From the NCBI GenBank assembly GCA_044223005.1, contig JBGAML010000016.1, positions 32,001 through 96,000 on the forward strand: a stretch of DNA of 64,000 bases, given 5' to 3'. The notes under the pieces are model-generated. The model ran no database searches, was not told the origin of the DNA, and saw only the letters and a program-made list of their open reading frames with translations. The stretch comes from Candidatus Eiseniibacteriota bacterium. GTDB taxonomy: Bacteria; Eisenbacteria; RBG-16-71-46. Shown one piece after another: positions 39,026-49,318 of the stretch (position 1 is the stretch's first letter; each line of letters begins with the position of its first letter). A program made the position numbers and the translations under genes.

Positions 39026-40831
39026 ATGACGAAAACGCTGGTCCTGCTCCTGGGAACGCTCCTCCTCGCGCCGGTCGCCGCCGCGCGCGCCGAGGGTGTT
39101 TCCGCGCGCCTGGACCCGCAGCTCGTCGCGTCGCTCGCGCCGGGCGCCGCGCCGGTGCCGGTGCTGGTCGAGTTCGTCGACAAGGGGGAGCAGGGGAACG
39201 GGGACCGCATCGCCCGCCTCGCCCGCGCGGAACGCGAGCTGACCGCCGCGTCGCGGGCGCGCCGCCTCCGGCGCGGCGTGTGGCCGCTCGTCGACGAGGC
39301 CGACCTGCCCGTGGCGCCCGAGTACCTGCAGGCGATCCGCGCGCTCGGGCTCGAACCGGTGCACGTGTCGCGCTGGCTCAACGCCTGCACGGTGCGCGCG
39401 TCGGGACCCGTGCTCGCGCGGCTCGCCGCCACCGGCGGGGTGGCGCGCGTGCGCCCCGAACCGCTCGCGGCGCCCCGCACGCTCCGGCCCGTCGCCGAAG
39501 CCGTGCGTGCGGACGCCGTGCCGCCCGGCGCGTCCGCGAGGCACGCGGGCGCCATCGCCTACGGCATGACCGCGACGCAGCTCGCGCGCCTCGGCGCACC
39601 GGCGCTGCACGACGCGGGGTGGAATGGCGCGGGGCTGCTCGTCGCGCTCTTCGACGAAGGCTTCAATCACCGGGGCGACCACACGGCCACGAAGGGGATC
39701 GACGTGGGCAATCGCACGCGCGATTTCGTGCGTGGCGTCGACTCGGTCGAGGACACCACCGGCGACGCGATCTTCTTCCAGCACGGCCAGTGGACGCTCA
39801 GCACGATCGGCGGCAACGCCCCCGGGATCTACGTGGGCCCCGCGTACGGCGCCGCCTTCGCGCTCGCGCGCACGGAGGATTCACGCAGCGAGACACCGAT
39901 CGAGATGATCCACTGGGTCAACGCGGCCGAGTGGGCGGATTCGCTCGGTGTGGACCTCATCAGCTCCTCGCTCGGCTACCGCCGGTTCGACGCACCGGAC
40001 CCGAGCATCGCCTACGCCCAGCTCGACGGACACACGACGATCATCACGCGCGCCGTCGAGATCGCGGCGGCCAAGGGCATCCTGGTCGTGAGCTCGATGG
40101 GCAACGACGGGGCGCTGGGCACGGGCAGCATCGACGCTCCCGCCGACGCCTGCGGGGACAGCATGCTCGCGGTCGGCGCGGTGGACTCCACCGGCGAGTT
40201 GGCCGGGTTCTCCTCGCGCGGACCCACGGCGGACGGCCGCGTGAAGCCCGACGTGGTCGCGCAGGGCGTGGCGGTGCTCGTGGCCTCCGCGTCGGGAAAT
40301 CCGGACACCTACGTGCGGCTGAGCGGCACCTCGTTCTCCTGCCCGCTCGTGGCCGGCGTCGCCGCCTGCCTGCTGCAGGCGTACCCGAACCTGCCGATTC
40401 CCGTGATCGTGCGCACGCTCAAGCTGACCGCCGGAAACGCGACGCACCCGAACAACGGCGTCGGGTGGGGGCAGGTGGACGCCGCCGCCGCGCTTCGATT
40501 CGACACCCTCGCCGTGGCCGTGCCCAGTTCGGCCCTGCGCTTCCGCATGGCCGGTGCCAATCCGGCGCGACTGGAGGATGCGGCCGCGTGGTTCGAGTTC
40601 GCGCTGCCGCGCAGCGCTGTCGGCGGCACGCACGGGGCCGTGCGCGTGTACGACGCGACGGGCCGGCTCGTGCACACGATCTTCAAAGGCTGGATCGCCG
40701 CCGGCGAGATCGTCCAGGCCGATTGGGACGGCACCGATGCGCACGGTGAGCGCGCGCGCGCCGGCCTCTACTTCGTCTCCTTCGAAGCGGGAGGGCAGCG
40801 GACGACGCTGCGCCTCGCCGCGCTCCGATGA
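39026..40831 (+). CDS. Secreted S8 subtilisin-like serine protease with FlgD-Ig/T9SS-like C-terminal domain
   Basis: Triad FDEGF / HGQWTLS / SGTSFSCP; SSRGPTADGRVKPDV; VYDATGRLV...WDGTD...AGLYFV. Confidence 0.93.
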   Translation: MTKTLVLLLGTLLLAPVAAARAEGVSARLDPQLVASLAPGAAPVPVLVEFVDKGEQGNGDRIARLARAERELTAASRARRLRRGVWPLVDEADLPVAPEYLQAIRALGLEPVHVSRWLNACTVRASGPVLARLAATGGVARVRPEPLAAPRTLRPVAEAVRADAVPPGASARHAGAIAYGMTATQLARLGAPALHDAGWNGAGLLVALFDEGFNHRGDHTATKGIDVGNRTRDFVRGVDSVEDTTGDAIFFQHGQWTLSTIGGNAPGIYVGPAYGAAFALARTEDSRSETPIEMIHWVNAAEWADSLGVDLISSSLGYRRFDAPDPSIAYAQLDGHTTIITRAVEIAAAKGILVVSSMGNDGALGTGSIDAPADACGDSMLAVGAVDSTGELAGFSSRGPTADGRVKPDVVAQGVAVLVASASGNPDTYVRLSGTSFSCPLVAGVAACLLQAYPNLPIPVIVRTLKLTAGNATHPNNGVGWGQVDAAAALRFDTLAVAVPSSALRFRMAGANPARLEDAAAWFEFALPRSAVGGTHGAVRVYDATGRLVHTIFKGWIAAGEIVQADWDGTDAHGERARAGLYFVSFEAGGQRTTLRLAALR

Positions 40832-40877
40832 CCTCGACTTCCTGCGTCCTCCATCCCCGAAAGGAACCGGTCCCGAG

Positions 40878-42200
40878 ATGAAGCGCTGCTTCGCTGTCGC
40901 CGCTGCGTGCGGCCTCGCCGTCCTCCTGGCGGGTCCGTTCGCGCCTCCCGCGCGCGCGGCCTCCCCGCCGACGCTCGTCACGCTGAAGAACGGGCTCCGT
41001 GTCGTGCTCGCGCCCGACTCGTTCGCCACCTCGGTGGACGTCGCGACCTGGTACGCCGTGGGCGTGTCCAGCACGACCGCCGAACTCACCGGCGCCCGCC
41101 ACGTCCTCGAGCGCCAGTTGTTCATGGGGACGCCCGACGGTGCGTGGGCCCGGGCGCTGCTCGCCGAAGGTGGCTTCGCGGGCGCCGCGACGACCGCGGA
41201 CGCGATCGTCACGTGGGAGACGATGCCGGCCGAGGCGCTGGGGCTGGCGCTGCGCACCGAAGCGAAGCGCATGGGCCTCGCCGCGCCGCTGCCGGCGACG
41301 TGGAACGCCTTCCGCGAGGCAGCCGTGGCCGACGTGCGTTCGCGCACGCTGCGGCTGCCGCTCGCGGGTCCGCTGGCCCGCCTGAGCGCGCAGGTGTACC
41401 GCGGCGAGCCCTACGCGCGGCCCGTGCTGGCCAGCGAGGACGCCCTGCGCAAGCTCGCGCCGGAATCCGCGATCGCGTGGCAGAAGGGCCGCCTCGCACC
41501 CGGCAACGCGGTCCTCACGATCGTCGGCCGGTTCGATCCGGCCCCCACGCTCGAGCTCGTGCACCGCACGTTCGATCCGCTGCCGCGCGGCACCGCCGCC
41601 GCGGCCGTGGCCGCGGCCGCGCCCGCGCCGTCGCCGCGCCGTGCGATCGAGAGCGGTCCCACGCCGTCGCCGATGCTGCTCGTCGGCTGGCGCGTGCCCG
41701 GCATCGCCGATCCCGACGCGGCGGCGATCGAGTTCCTCGCCGGCGTCGTCGGCGGCAGCGACGACTCGCGTCTCAATCGCGCGCTCACGGTGGACTTCCC
41801 GGTCGCGACGGGCGCCCAGTGCGGGCTCGATCGCCGGCGGGACGCGTCGATGCTTTGGGCCGTCGCCGCCGCGCGCACCGACGTCGATTCGACCGACGTC
41901 GAGCACCAGCTCGTGGACAACGTCGGTGGCCTCGCGCGCGATCCGCTGCCCGAGCCGGAACTCGACCGCGCTCGCGCGCGCTTCCTCGCCGGTGCGGCGT
42001 TCGTCGCCCAGGATCCGCACGTGCGCGCCGAAGCCCTGGCGAACGCCGCGCTCGCGGGCCTCGATCCGGCCGTCGTCGACCAGCGGCTCGCCGCGGTACG
42101 CCAGATGACGCCGGCGGAACTGCAGCGCGTCGCGCAGCGCGTGCTCGTCGAGAACGCGCGCGCCACCGTGTGGCTGCTGCCCTCCGGAGGTGCCCGATGA
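40878..42200 (+). CDS. M16 peptidase-like secreted protein, zinc motif degenerate
   Basis: TLKNGLRVVL, WYAVG, GARHVLERQLF (HxxER instead of HxxEH), PGNAVLTIVGRFD. Confidence 0.85.
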   Translation: MKRCFAVAAACGLAVLLAGPFAPPARAASPPTLVTLKNGLRVVLAPDSFATSVDVATWYAVGVSSTTAELTGARHVLERQLFMGTPDGAWARALLAEGGFAGAATTADAIVTWETMPAEALGLALRTEAKRMGLAAPLPATWNAFREAAVADVRSRTLRLPLAGPLARLSAQVYRGEPYARPVLASEDALRKLAPESAIAWQKGRLAPGNAVLTIVGRFDPAPTLELVHRTFDPLPRGTAAAAVAAAAPAPSPRRAIESGPTPSPMLLVGWRVPGIADPDAAAIEFLAGVVGGSDDSRLNRALTVDFPVATGAQCGLDRRRDASMLWAVAAARTDVDSTDVEHQLVDNVGGLARDPLPEPELDRARARFLAGAAFVAQDPHVRAEALANAALAGLDPAVVDQRLAAVRQMTPAELQRVAQRVLVENARATVWLLPSGGAR

Positions 42201-44281
42201 GCCCGCTCCGCTTCGCTCCGCTCGCCGCGCTCGTCGCGTTCCTCTTCGCCGCGCCCGCGCCGGCCGCGGTGCCGGCGCCCGATCCGGCCGTGCCACCGCT
42301 GCGCCTGCCGCAGCCGGTCGAGCGCCGGCTCGAGAACGGCCTGCGCGTCGTCGTGTTCCCGATTTCGCGCCAGCCGATCGTCCAGGTCGAGCTGTTCGCG
42401 CCGGCGGGCTCGGCGTACGAACCCGAGAACAAGGCGGGTGTCGCGTTCGTCACCGCGCGGCTGCTCACCGAAGGCACGCCGTCGCGTACCCGCACGGACG
42501 TGGCCGACGAACTCGCGCGCGCGGGCGCCACGATCACGACGCATTGCGACGTGGACGTGGCCCAGGTCGTCGAGGGCGGCCGCGCCGAGTCGCTCGAATC
42601 CATGCTCGAGGTGATGAGCGACGTCGTGATCAATCCGCTCTTCGGCGCGGATCGCTTCACCGCGTTCCGGCTGCAGATCGCGCGCGAGCAGGGCGCCGCA
42701 CTCGGCACGCTGGCCAACGCCGCGAGCACGCGCGTGCGCCAGCGCGCGTTCGCGCCGCATCCGTACGCGCACGCCGCGGCGCCCGAGCCGCAGTCCGTGC
42801 TCGGCGTGGACCTCGCGGCGGTGCAGGCGTTCCATCGCGACCGCTGGCGGCCCGATCGCGCCGTGCTGGTCGTCGCGGGCGACGTCGCGCCCGAGCGCGT
42901 CTTCGCTGCGGCACAGGACTGGTTCGGCAAGTGGGCCGGGCACACCGCCCCGGACCCGGCGCGTCCGGCATTCGCACCGCCGGCGGGCATCGGGCTCATC
43001 GACGTGCCGGGCGCGGATCACGCGGAAGTGCGCGTGGCCGTGCCGGGGCCGGGCCTCGCGAGCCCGGAGCACGCCGGCTGGGCGCTGCTCCAGTCGGCGC
43101 TCGCCAACGAGACGCTGCCGCCGGGCGTCTCGGTGTCGTTCGAGAACGACCGTGACGCGAGCCTGCTCGTGCTGGCGCTCGCGAGCGCGCCCCGCGGCGC
43201 GGGCGACGCGATAAAGACGCTGATCGGCGTGCTGCGCGACGCCGTGGCGAAGCCTCCCGCCGGCGCCGAACTCGAGGCGCTGCGCCGCAGCACGCGCCAG
43301 GGCTATCCGCTCTCGCTCGGTTCGCTCGGCGGCTTCGTGGCGCAGTGGCAGCAGCTCGACTTCGCGGGCCTGCCCGCGGGCAGCGTCGCCACGCTCGGCG
43401 ACCAGCGGGCCGCGGCCGCGCTCGAGCCGGCGCTGCGCACGCTCGGCGGCAAGCCGGTCGTGCTCGTCGCGGGTTCGGCCGCCACGCTCCGCGAGCCGCT
43501 CGCGGCGCTCGGGATGGGGGCGGTGGACGCGCAGCCGCTCGTCGCCCAGCTGCCGCAGGGCGCGCCCACGGCGACGGTGCTGCCGCCCGGCACCGCGGAG
43601 CAGAAGCGGCGCGGACGCGCGGTGATCGCCTCGGCGGTCCTCGCGCACGGCGGCGCTGCCGCGCTCGCCGCCGTGAAGACGTCGGTGCACGAGGGCGCGA
43701 TCGTGTTCACGATCGGCGGGCAGGAGCTCGAAGGCCTCTTCAGCGCCGTGCGCGTCGCGCCGGATCGCTACTCGTACTCGACTCGCATGCTGCAGCTCGA
43801 GTCGCGGCAGATGGTGTCCGGATCGGTGGGCTGGAACTGGACCAAGGCCGAGAGCACGACCGTGGCGCCGCTCGACTCGCTCGCGATGTTCAAGCTGCGG
43901 CTCGCGAGCGATTCCGACCTCATTCCCGAGTTGCGCATGGCCTCCTCGCCCGCGGGCGATCCCGTGTGGCGCGGCTCCACCACGCTCGCCGGCCGCCGCT
44001 GCGATCTCGTCGATTTCGCGACCCCGTACGGCCGACAGCGGTTCGCGGTGGACCAGCTCACGCACCGCGTGGTCGAAATGGCCGCCGGCCCCGGTCCGAA
44101 CGGCGAATGGTCCGATCGGCGCACTCTCGGCGATTTCCGGCGGGTGAACGGCCTCCTGCTGCCGTTCACGGAGGACCGAAAGGTCCGCGGTGAAAAGGTT
44201 TGGCGGATCACGGCTCGCGACATCGCGATCAATCGCCCCATCCCGGAGCAGCTCTGGGTGAAGCCCCGTACGATCGAATGA
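42197..44281 (+). CDS. M16 peptidase-like non-catalytic subunit with a C-terminal beta-rich (LolA-like?) extension
   Basis: LENGLRVVV, GVAFVTARLLTEGT (no HxxEH), WRPDRAVLVVAGDV; tail AHGG...DFRRVNGLLLPF. Confidence 0.83.
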   Translation: MSPLRFAPLAALVAFLFAAPAPAAVPAPDPAVPPLRLPQPVERRLENGLRVVVFPISRQPIVQVELFAPAGSAYEPENKAGVAFVTARLLTEGTPSRTRTDVADELARAGATITTHCDVDVAQVVEGGRAESLESMLEVMSDVVINPLFGADRFTAFRLQIAREQGAALGTLANAASTRVRQRAFAPHPYAHAAAPEPQSVLGVDLAAVQAFHRDRWRPDRAVLVVAGDVAPERVFAAAQDWFGKWAGHTAPDPARPAFAPPAGIGLIDVPGADHAEVRVAVPGPGLASPEHAGWALLQSALANETLPPGVSVSFENDRDASLLVLALASAPRGAGDAIKTLIGVLRDAVAKPPAGAELEALRRSTRQGYPLSLGSLGGFVAQWQQLDFAGLPAGSVATLGDQRAAAALEPALRTLGGKPVVLVAGSAATLREPLAALGMGAVDAQPLVAQLPQGAPTATVLPPGTAEQKRRGRAVIASAVLAHGGAAALAAVKTSVHEGAIVFTIGGQELEGLFSAVRVAPDRYSYSTRMLQLESRQMVSGSVGWNWTKAESTTVAPLDSLAMFKLRLASDSDLIPELRMASSPAGDPVWRGSTTLAGRRCDLVDFATPYGRQRFAVDQLTHRVVEMAAGPGPNGEWSDRRTLGDFRRVNGLLLPFTEDRKVRGEKVWRITARDIAINRPIPEQLWVKPRTIE

Positions 44282-44382
44282 CGCCTTGTTGAAACACGGT
44301 TGTAAACGCGAGCGGCCGGTGGCTTGTGACGCCACCGGCCGCTCGCTATCCTCGCCGGGATCTCAAGAGGAGGGATCCTGAC

Positions 44383-47289
44383 ATGAGCACAATCGAAAAC
44401 GCCGCCGTCACGGGCGGCTCGGAGAAACGAATGAGCGAGAAGTACGTGTATTTCTTCGGTGACGGGGCGGCGGAAGGCAACGGGACGATGAAGGACGTGC
44501 TCGGTGGCAAGGGCGCGGGCCTCGCCGAGATGACCAATGCCGGCGTGCCGGTGCCCCCGGGCTTCACGATCGCGACGGCCATGTGCCGTCACTACCACGC
44601 GAACGGCCGCAAGCTGACGCCGGAGTTCCTGGCGCAGCAGGACGCCATGCTCGCGCGCCTCGAGGAGTCGCTGGGCAAGAAGCTCGGTGACGCGAACGAT
44701 CCGCTGCTCGTCTCCGTCCGCTCGGGCGCGAAGTTCTCGATGCCCGGCATGATGGACACGATCCTGAACCTCGGCCTGAACGACAAGGCCGTGCTCGGTC
44801 TCGCCACGAAGACGGGCAACGAGCGCTTCGCGTGGGACTGCTACCGCCGCTTCATCCAGATGTTCACCTCGGTGGTGATGGACCTCGAGAAGAAGGAGTT
44901 CGAGCACGTCATCGAGGCGTTCAAGGCGAAGGAGCAGGTGAAGCGCAAGTCGAAGAAGGCCCTGCTCGATACCGACCTGACGCCGGCGAACCTCCAGGAC
45001 CTCGTGCTCGAGTTCAAGCGTCACGTCCGCAAGCGGACCGGCCGCGACTTCCCGCAGGACGCGCGCGAGCAGCTCGCGATGGCGCGCGACGCCGTGTTCC
45101 GCTCGTGGAACACCGATCGCGCCGTGTACTACCGCAAGCAGAACGGCATCCCCGACGACATCGGCACCGCCGTGAACGTGCAGGCGATGGTGTTCGGCAA
45201 CATGGGTGACACGTCCGGCACGGGCGTCGGTTTCACGCGCAACCCGTCGACGGGCGAGAACCACTTCTACGGCGAGTACCTCACGAACGCGCAGGGCGAG
45301 GACGTCGTCGCCGGTGTGCGCACGCCGCAGCCGATCGACCATCTCGAGCAGGAGATGCCCGAGGTGTTCCAGCAGCTGCACGGCATCACGAAGCGGCTCG
45401 AGAAGCACTATCGCGACATCCAGGACTTCGAGTTCACGATCCAGGAAGGCAAGCTCTACCTGCTGCAGACGCGCAACGGCAAGCGCACCGCGCAGGCCGC
45501 CGTCCGCATCGCGGTCGAGATGGTGAAGGAAGGCCTGATCACCGAGCAGGAAGCCATCCTGCGCGTCGAGCCCGCTTCGCTCGACCAGCTGCTGCACCCG
45601 CGGCTCGACCCCAAGGCGAAGGTCAACGTGATCGCCAAGGGCCTCTCGGCGTCGCCGGGCGCGGCCGTCGGCATCGCCGTCTTCGACGCGGACACCGCGG
45701 CGGAGATGGGCCACGCCAAGAAGAAGGTCATCCTCGTCCGCAAGGAGACCACGCCGGACGACATCCACGGCATGGACGCGGCGCAGGGCATCTTGACCGC
45801 CACCGGCGGCATGACCAGCCACGCGGCCGTCGTCGCGCGCGGGATGGGCAAGCCGTGCGTCTCGGGCGTCAGCGCGATCCACGTGAACGAGAAGGCGCGC
45901 ACGATGTCCGTCGACAAGGTGGTCGTGAAGGAAGGCGACTGGATCACGATCGACGGTTCCACCGGCCGCGTCATGCTGGGCGCCGTGCCGACGATCGAGG
46001 CCGCGGTCTCGGGCGAGTTCGCCGAGTTCATGTCGATCGCCGACAAGCACCGCAGGCTCAAGGTGCGCTCGAACGCCGACATCCCGCGCGATGCGCTCAA
46101 GGCGCGCGAGTTCGGCGCCGAGGGCATCGGTCTCTGCCGTACCGAGCACATGTTCTTCGCCGAGGATCGCCTGCCGTTCGTCGTGCAGATGATCATGGCG
46201 GCGCCGCAGGTGAAGGCGCTGTCGGAGAAGCTCGCGGCCAAGGAGAAGGCGCTCGAGGGTTCGATCGGCGGCGAGAACAAAGCTCTCAAGGCCGAGGTCG
46301 CGGCGCTCAAGAAGGAACTCGCCGCGCCGCTCAAGGCCTACAAGACCGCGCTCGCGAAGCTCCTGCCGTTCCAGCGCAAGGACTTCCACGGCCTCTTCAA
46401 GGCCATGAAGGGCTACCCGGTCACCATCCGTACGCTGGATCCGCCGCTTCACGAGTTCCTCCCGAAGCGTGAGGACCTCATGGTCGACATCGCGATCCTC
46501 CCGCGCGCGACGGCGGCCCAGAAGAAGGAGATGGTCAAGAAGTACCGCTTCAAGTCGGTGACGCAGCTCAAGGCCGGCATGCCCGAGCTGCTGAAGCGCG
46601 TCGAGGAACTGCACGAGTTCAACCCGATGATGGGCCACCGCGGCTGCCGCCTCGGCATCACGTACCCCGAGGTCACCGAGATGCAGGCGCGCGCCATCTT
46701 CGAGGCCGCGTGCCAGATCGTGAAGGACGGCGGCAACGTCGTGCCCGAGATCATGATCCCGCTCATCGGCACCGTGGAAGAGCTCAAGGACCAGGGCGCG
46801 ATCGTGCGCCGCGTGGCCGAGGAGACGATCGCCAAGGCCGGCGTGAAGCTCGAGTACCTGGTCGGCACCATGATCGAGATCCCGCGTGCGGCGCTGACGG
46901 CGGCCCGCGTGGCCGAGGTCGCCGAGTTCTTCAGCTTCGGCACCAACGACCTCACGCAGATGACCTACGGCTACTCGCGTGACGACGCCGGCAAGTTCCT
47001 GCCGGAGTACGTCAACCGCAAGATCCTGCCCGGCGACCCGTTCGTCTCCGTGGACCAGGAAGGCGTCGGCATGCTGATGGACTGGGCGGTGAAGAACGGC
47101 CGCTCGACCCGCAACAAGCTGAAGGTCGGCATCTGCGGCGAGCACGGCGGTGACCCGGCGTCGGTCGAGTTCTGCCATCGCACGAACCTGGACTACGTCT
47201 CCTGCTCGCCGTTCCGCGTGCCGCTCGCGCGGCTGGCGGCGGCGCAGGCCGCGGTCCGTGGCACGGCGGCGGAGAGCGATCGCCGGTAG
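44383..47289 (+). CDS. ppdK: Pyruvate, phosphate dikinase
   Basis: LGGKGAGLAEM, SVRSGAKFSMPGMMDT, GGMTSHAAVVARG, GLCRTEHMFF, FSFGTNDLTQ, GICGEHGGDP. Alternative start 44431. Confidence 0.98.
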   Translation: MSTIENAAVTGGSEKRMSEKYVYFFGDGAAEGNGTMKDVLGGKGAGLAEMTNAGVPVPPGFTIATAMCRHYHANGRKLTPEFLAQQDAMLARLEESLGKKLGDANDPLLVSVRSGAKFSMPGMMDTILNLGLNDKAVLGLATKTGNERFAWDCYRRFIQMFTSVVMDLEKKEFEHVIEAFKAKEQVKRKSKKALLDTDLTPANLQDLVLEFKRHVRKRTGRDFPQDAREQLAMARDAVFRSWNTDRAVYYRKQNGIPDDIGTAVNVQAMVFGNMGDTSGTGVGFTRNPSTGENHFYGEYLTNAQGEDVVAGVRTPQPIDHLEQEMPEVFQQLHGITKRLEKHYRDIQDFEFTIQEGKLYLLQTRNGKRTAQAAVRIAVEMVKEGLITEQEAILRVEPASLDQLLHPRLDPKAKVNVIAKGLSASPGAAVGIAVFDADTAAEMGHAKKKVILVRKETTPDDIHGMDAAQGILTATGGMTSHAAVVARGMGKPCVSGVSAIHVNEKARTMSVDKVVVKEGDWITIDGSTGRVMLGAVPTIEAAVSGEFAEFMSIADKHRRLKVRSNADIPRDALKAREFGAEGIGLCRTEHMFFAEDRLPFVVQMIMAAPQVKALSEKLAAKEKALEGSIGGENKALKAEVAALKKELAAPLKAYKTALAKLLPFQRKDFHGLFKAMKGYPVTIRTLDPPLHEFLPKREDLMVDIAILPRATAAQKKEMVKKYRFKSVTQLKAGMPELLKRVEELHEFNPMMGHRGCRLGITYPEVTEMQARAIFEAACQIVKDGGNVVPEIMIPLIGTVEELKDQGAIVRRVAEETIAKAGVKLEYLVGTMIEIPRAALTAARVAEVAEFFSFGTNDLTQMTYGYSRDDAGKFLPEYVNRKILPGDPFVSVDQEGVGMLMDWAVKNGRSTRNKLKVGICGEHGGDPASVEFCHRTNLDYVSCSPFRVPLARLAAAQAAVRGTAAESDRR

Positions 47290-47309
47290 GGACGTCCGCA
47301 TCACACTCG

Positions 47310-47340
47310 AAGGCCGGCGCGGGAAACCGCGCCGGCCTTT
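47310..47340 (+). terminator. Rho-independent terminator
   Basis: AAGGCCGGCGCGG-GAAA-CCGCGCCGGCCTTT. Confidence 0.85.
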
Positions 47341-47528
47341 CGCGTTGGCGGTCCCGCGGCGACGGCAAGAACGCCGACCCGACCCGTTCCCCGGCGCCGA
47401 GATCGCGCCTGTCATTTCCGGCAGGCCAGGAGTAGCCTCTTTCTCGTCATGTCCCCCGGCGAGTCATGGTTGCGGGACATCACTCGTTCGTGCGGCCTGG
47501 AACTTCCCGCAAGTGCACGGAGGGTGTG

Positions 47529-49211
47529 ATGCGGTTCACGACATGGCGCTCGGGGGCGACGCTGCTGGCCCTCGTGGTTTCGGTGCTGGTCCTCGCCGCT
47601 GCGGCGCCGGCGATGGCGCAGGACGGCACGTGGTCCTCGCTGGACGTCTCGGCGAGCGGGCCCGGCCTGCTGCGCGAACACGGCGCGATCTTCGATCGCG
47701 ACAACCAGCGCTACATCATCTTCGACGGACGCTCGAGCACTCCGTTCCAGGACTACATCCTCTTCAACGACGTCTGGGTGCTCGACGTCGCGGGTGATCC
47801 GGCCTGGTCGCACATGGCGATCTCGGGAGCGGTCCCGGGCCAACGGCACAGTCCGCAGTGGGGATACGACCCGGCGCGGAACCGCATCCTCGTCTTCGGC
47901 GGTTACGGTCTGCACGATCCGAACAGCCTGGCGTACGAGTACCTCAACGACGTGTGGGAACTCTCGCTCACCGGCACGCCGCAATGGACCGAACTGTTCC
48001 CGGCCGGGCAGGCGCCGAGTGGACGCCTCGCCGGCGCGGCCGTGTACGACCCGATGCGTCAGCGCTTCGTCGGCTTCGGCGGCACCATCAACGCGCCGGT
48101 CGACACGTGGGTGCTGAACCTGAGCGGGGACGCCGCGTGGGAATCGCTGACCGTCGCGGGTCCGTGCCCGAACGGCGGCTGGGGCATGACGTCGGTCTAC
48201 GACGCGAAACGCGACCGCATGCTGATCTTCGGTGGCTCGACCAGCGACGGCTACTACGGCTCGAACAACGACGTCTGGGAGCTGGATCTCCGCGGTGCGC
48301 CGGAATGGCACTTGCTCACGACCCTGGGCGATCGGCCCTCGGGCCGGCGTTCGGGCGCGTCGGTCTACGATCCATTGCGCGATCGCATGGTGATCTATGG
48401 CGGCTTCGACGCGGTGCCGGGGTCGGACCAGTTCCTCGGTGACACCTGGGCGCTCGATTTCACCGCCGACCCGCCCACGTGGTCCGAGCTGCAGCCCGCG
48501 GGCACGACGCCGGTGGGGCGCGACGGTGTGCCCGCCGCCTACGATCCGCTGCACGACCGCATGATCGTGTACGGCGGCTTCGACGGCCTGAACTTCCTCT
48601 CGGATACCCAGTTCCTCACGTGGGGCGGCTCGAGCACCGAAGCCTCGATCATGTCGACTGCGAGCGCGACGGCTGCCGGCGCGCACGTGGAGTGGAACGT
48701 CCAGGGCGCCACCGGGACGCACGCGGCGATCTACCGCCGGCCGGAGGGCGGCAAGTGGACCGCGCGGTCGCTGGCGGAGGTGGACGGCGCGGGACACGTC
48801 GTGCTGGACGATGCCAACGTCGCCGCGGGCAAGGCCTACGACTACATGCTGGTCGTCGGCTCGCACCGGGGCGAGACGTTCGGAGGCCAGGCGGCGGTGC
48901 GGATGCCGAACTCGCTCGGCGTGAACCCCGGCGCGTCGGTGGCGTTCGGGCTGCGCGGCGTGGCGCCGAATCCGGCGGTCGATCACTTCAGCGTGACGTT
49001 CGCGCTGCGCACGTCGGCGCCGGCCACGCTCGAGCTGCTCGACGTGACCGGCCGGCGCTGCCTGCTCGAGGACGTCACCGCGTTCGGTGCCGGATCGCAC
49101 CAGCTCGACCTCCCGGTCGGAGGGCGCGTGCCCGCCGGGCTCTACTTCCTGCGGCTCGCACAGTCGGGGAACGTGGCGACGTCGCGCGTCGTGGTGGCCG
49201 CGGCGCACTGA
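47529..49211 (+). CDS. Secreted Kelch-repeat beta-propeller protein with T9SS-like C-terminal domain
   Basis: About six repeats YDP..dRm.vFGG...NDVW.L.L...W; C-terminus APNP...LELLDVTGR...GLYFLRL. Confidence 0.92.
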   Translation: MRFTTWRSGATLLALVVSVLVLAAAAPAMAQDGTWSSLDVSASGPGLLREHGAIFDRDNQRYIIFDGRSSTPFQDYILFNDVWVLDVAGDPAWSHMAISGAVPGQRHSPQWGYDPARNRILVFGGYGLHDPNSLAYEYLNDVWELSLTGTPQWTELFPAGQAPSGRLAGAAVYDPMRQRFVGFGGTINAPVDTWVLNLSGDAAWESLTVAGPCPNGGWGMTSVYDAKRDRMLIFGGSTSDGYYGSNNDVWELDLRGAPEWHLLTTLGDRPSGRRSGASVYDPLRDRMVIYGGFDAVPGSDQFLGDTWALDFTADPPTWSELQPAGTTPVGRDGVPAAYDPLHDRMIVYGGFDGLNFLSDTQFLTWGGSSTEASIMSTASATAAGAHVEWNVQGATGTHAAIYRRPEGGKWTARSLAEVDGAGHVVLDDANVAAGKAYDYMLVVGSHRGETFGGQAAVRMPNSLGVNPGASVAFGLRGVAPNPAVDHFSVTFALRTSAPATLELLDVTGRRCLLEDVTAFGAGSHQLDLPVGGRVPAGLYFLRLAQSGNVATSRVVVAAAH

Positions 49212-49318
49212 GCGGCCTCGTCGTGTTCGCCGTTCGGACCGGGGCCCGCACCCAGCGAGGTGCGGGCCCCGGGTCGCTTCCGGCTGCCGCGGGCGTGCCG
49301 GTGTAGAGTCCGCGGCCC

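Noticed and set aside
43768..47415. 1215-aa minus-strand ORF and the many other long overlapping ORFs in the track
   Set aside because: Shadows of ppdK and other clear genes, expected in high-GC DNA where stop codons are rare.
37931..49273. Similar GC hairpins GGGGCCCGC...GCGGGCC at ~37931 and ~49240 as a REP family
   Set aside because: Only two short, imperfect copies after stop codons; ordinary terminator-like stems explain them.
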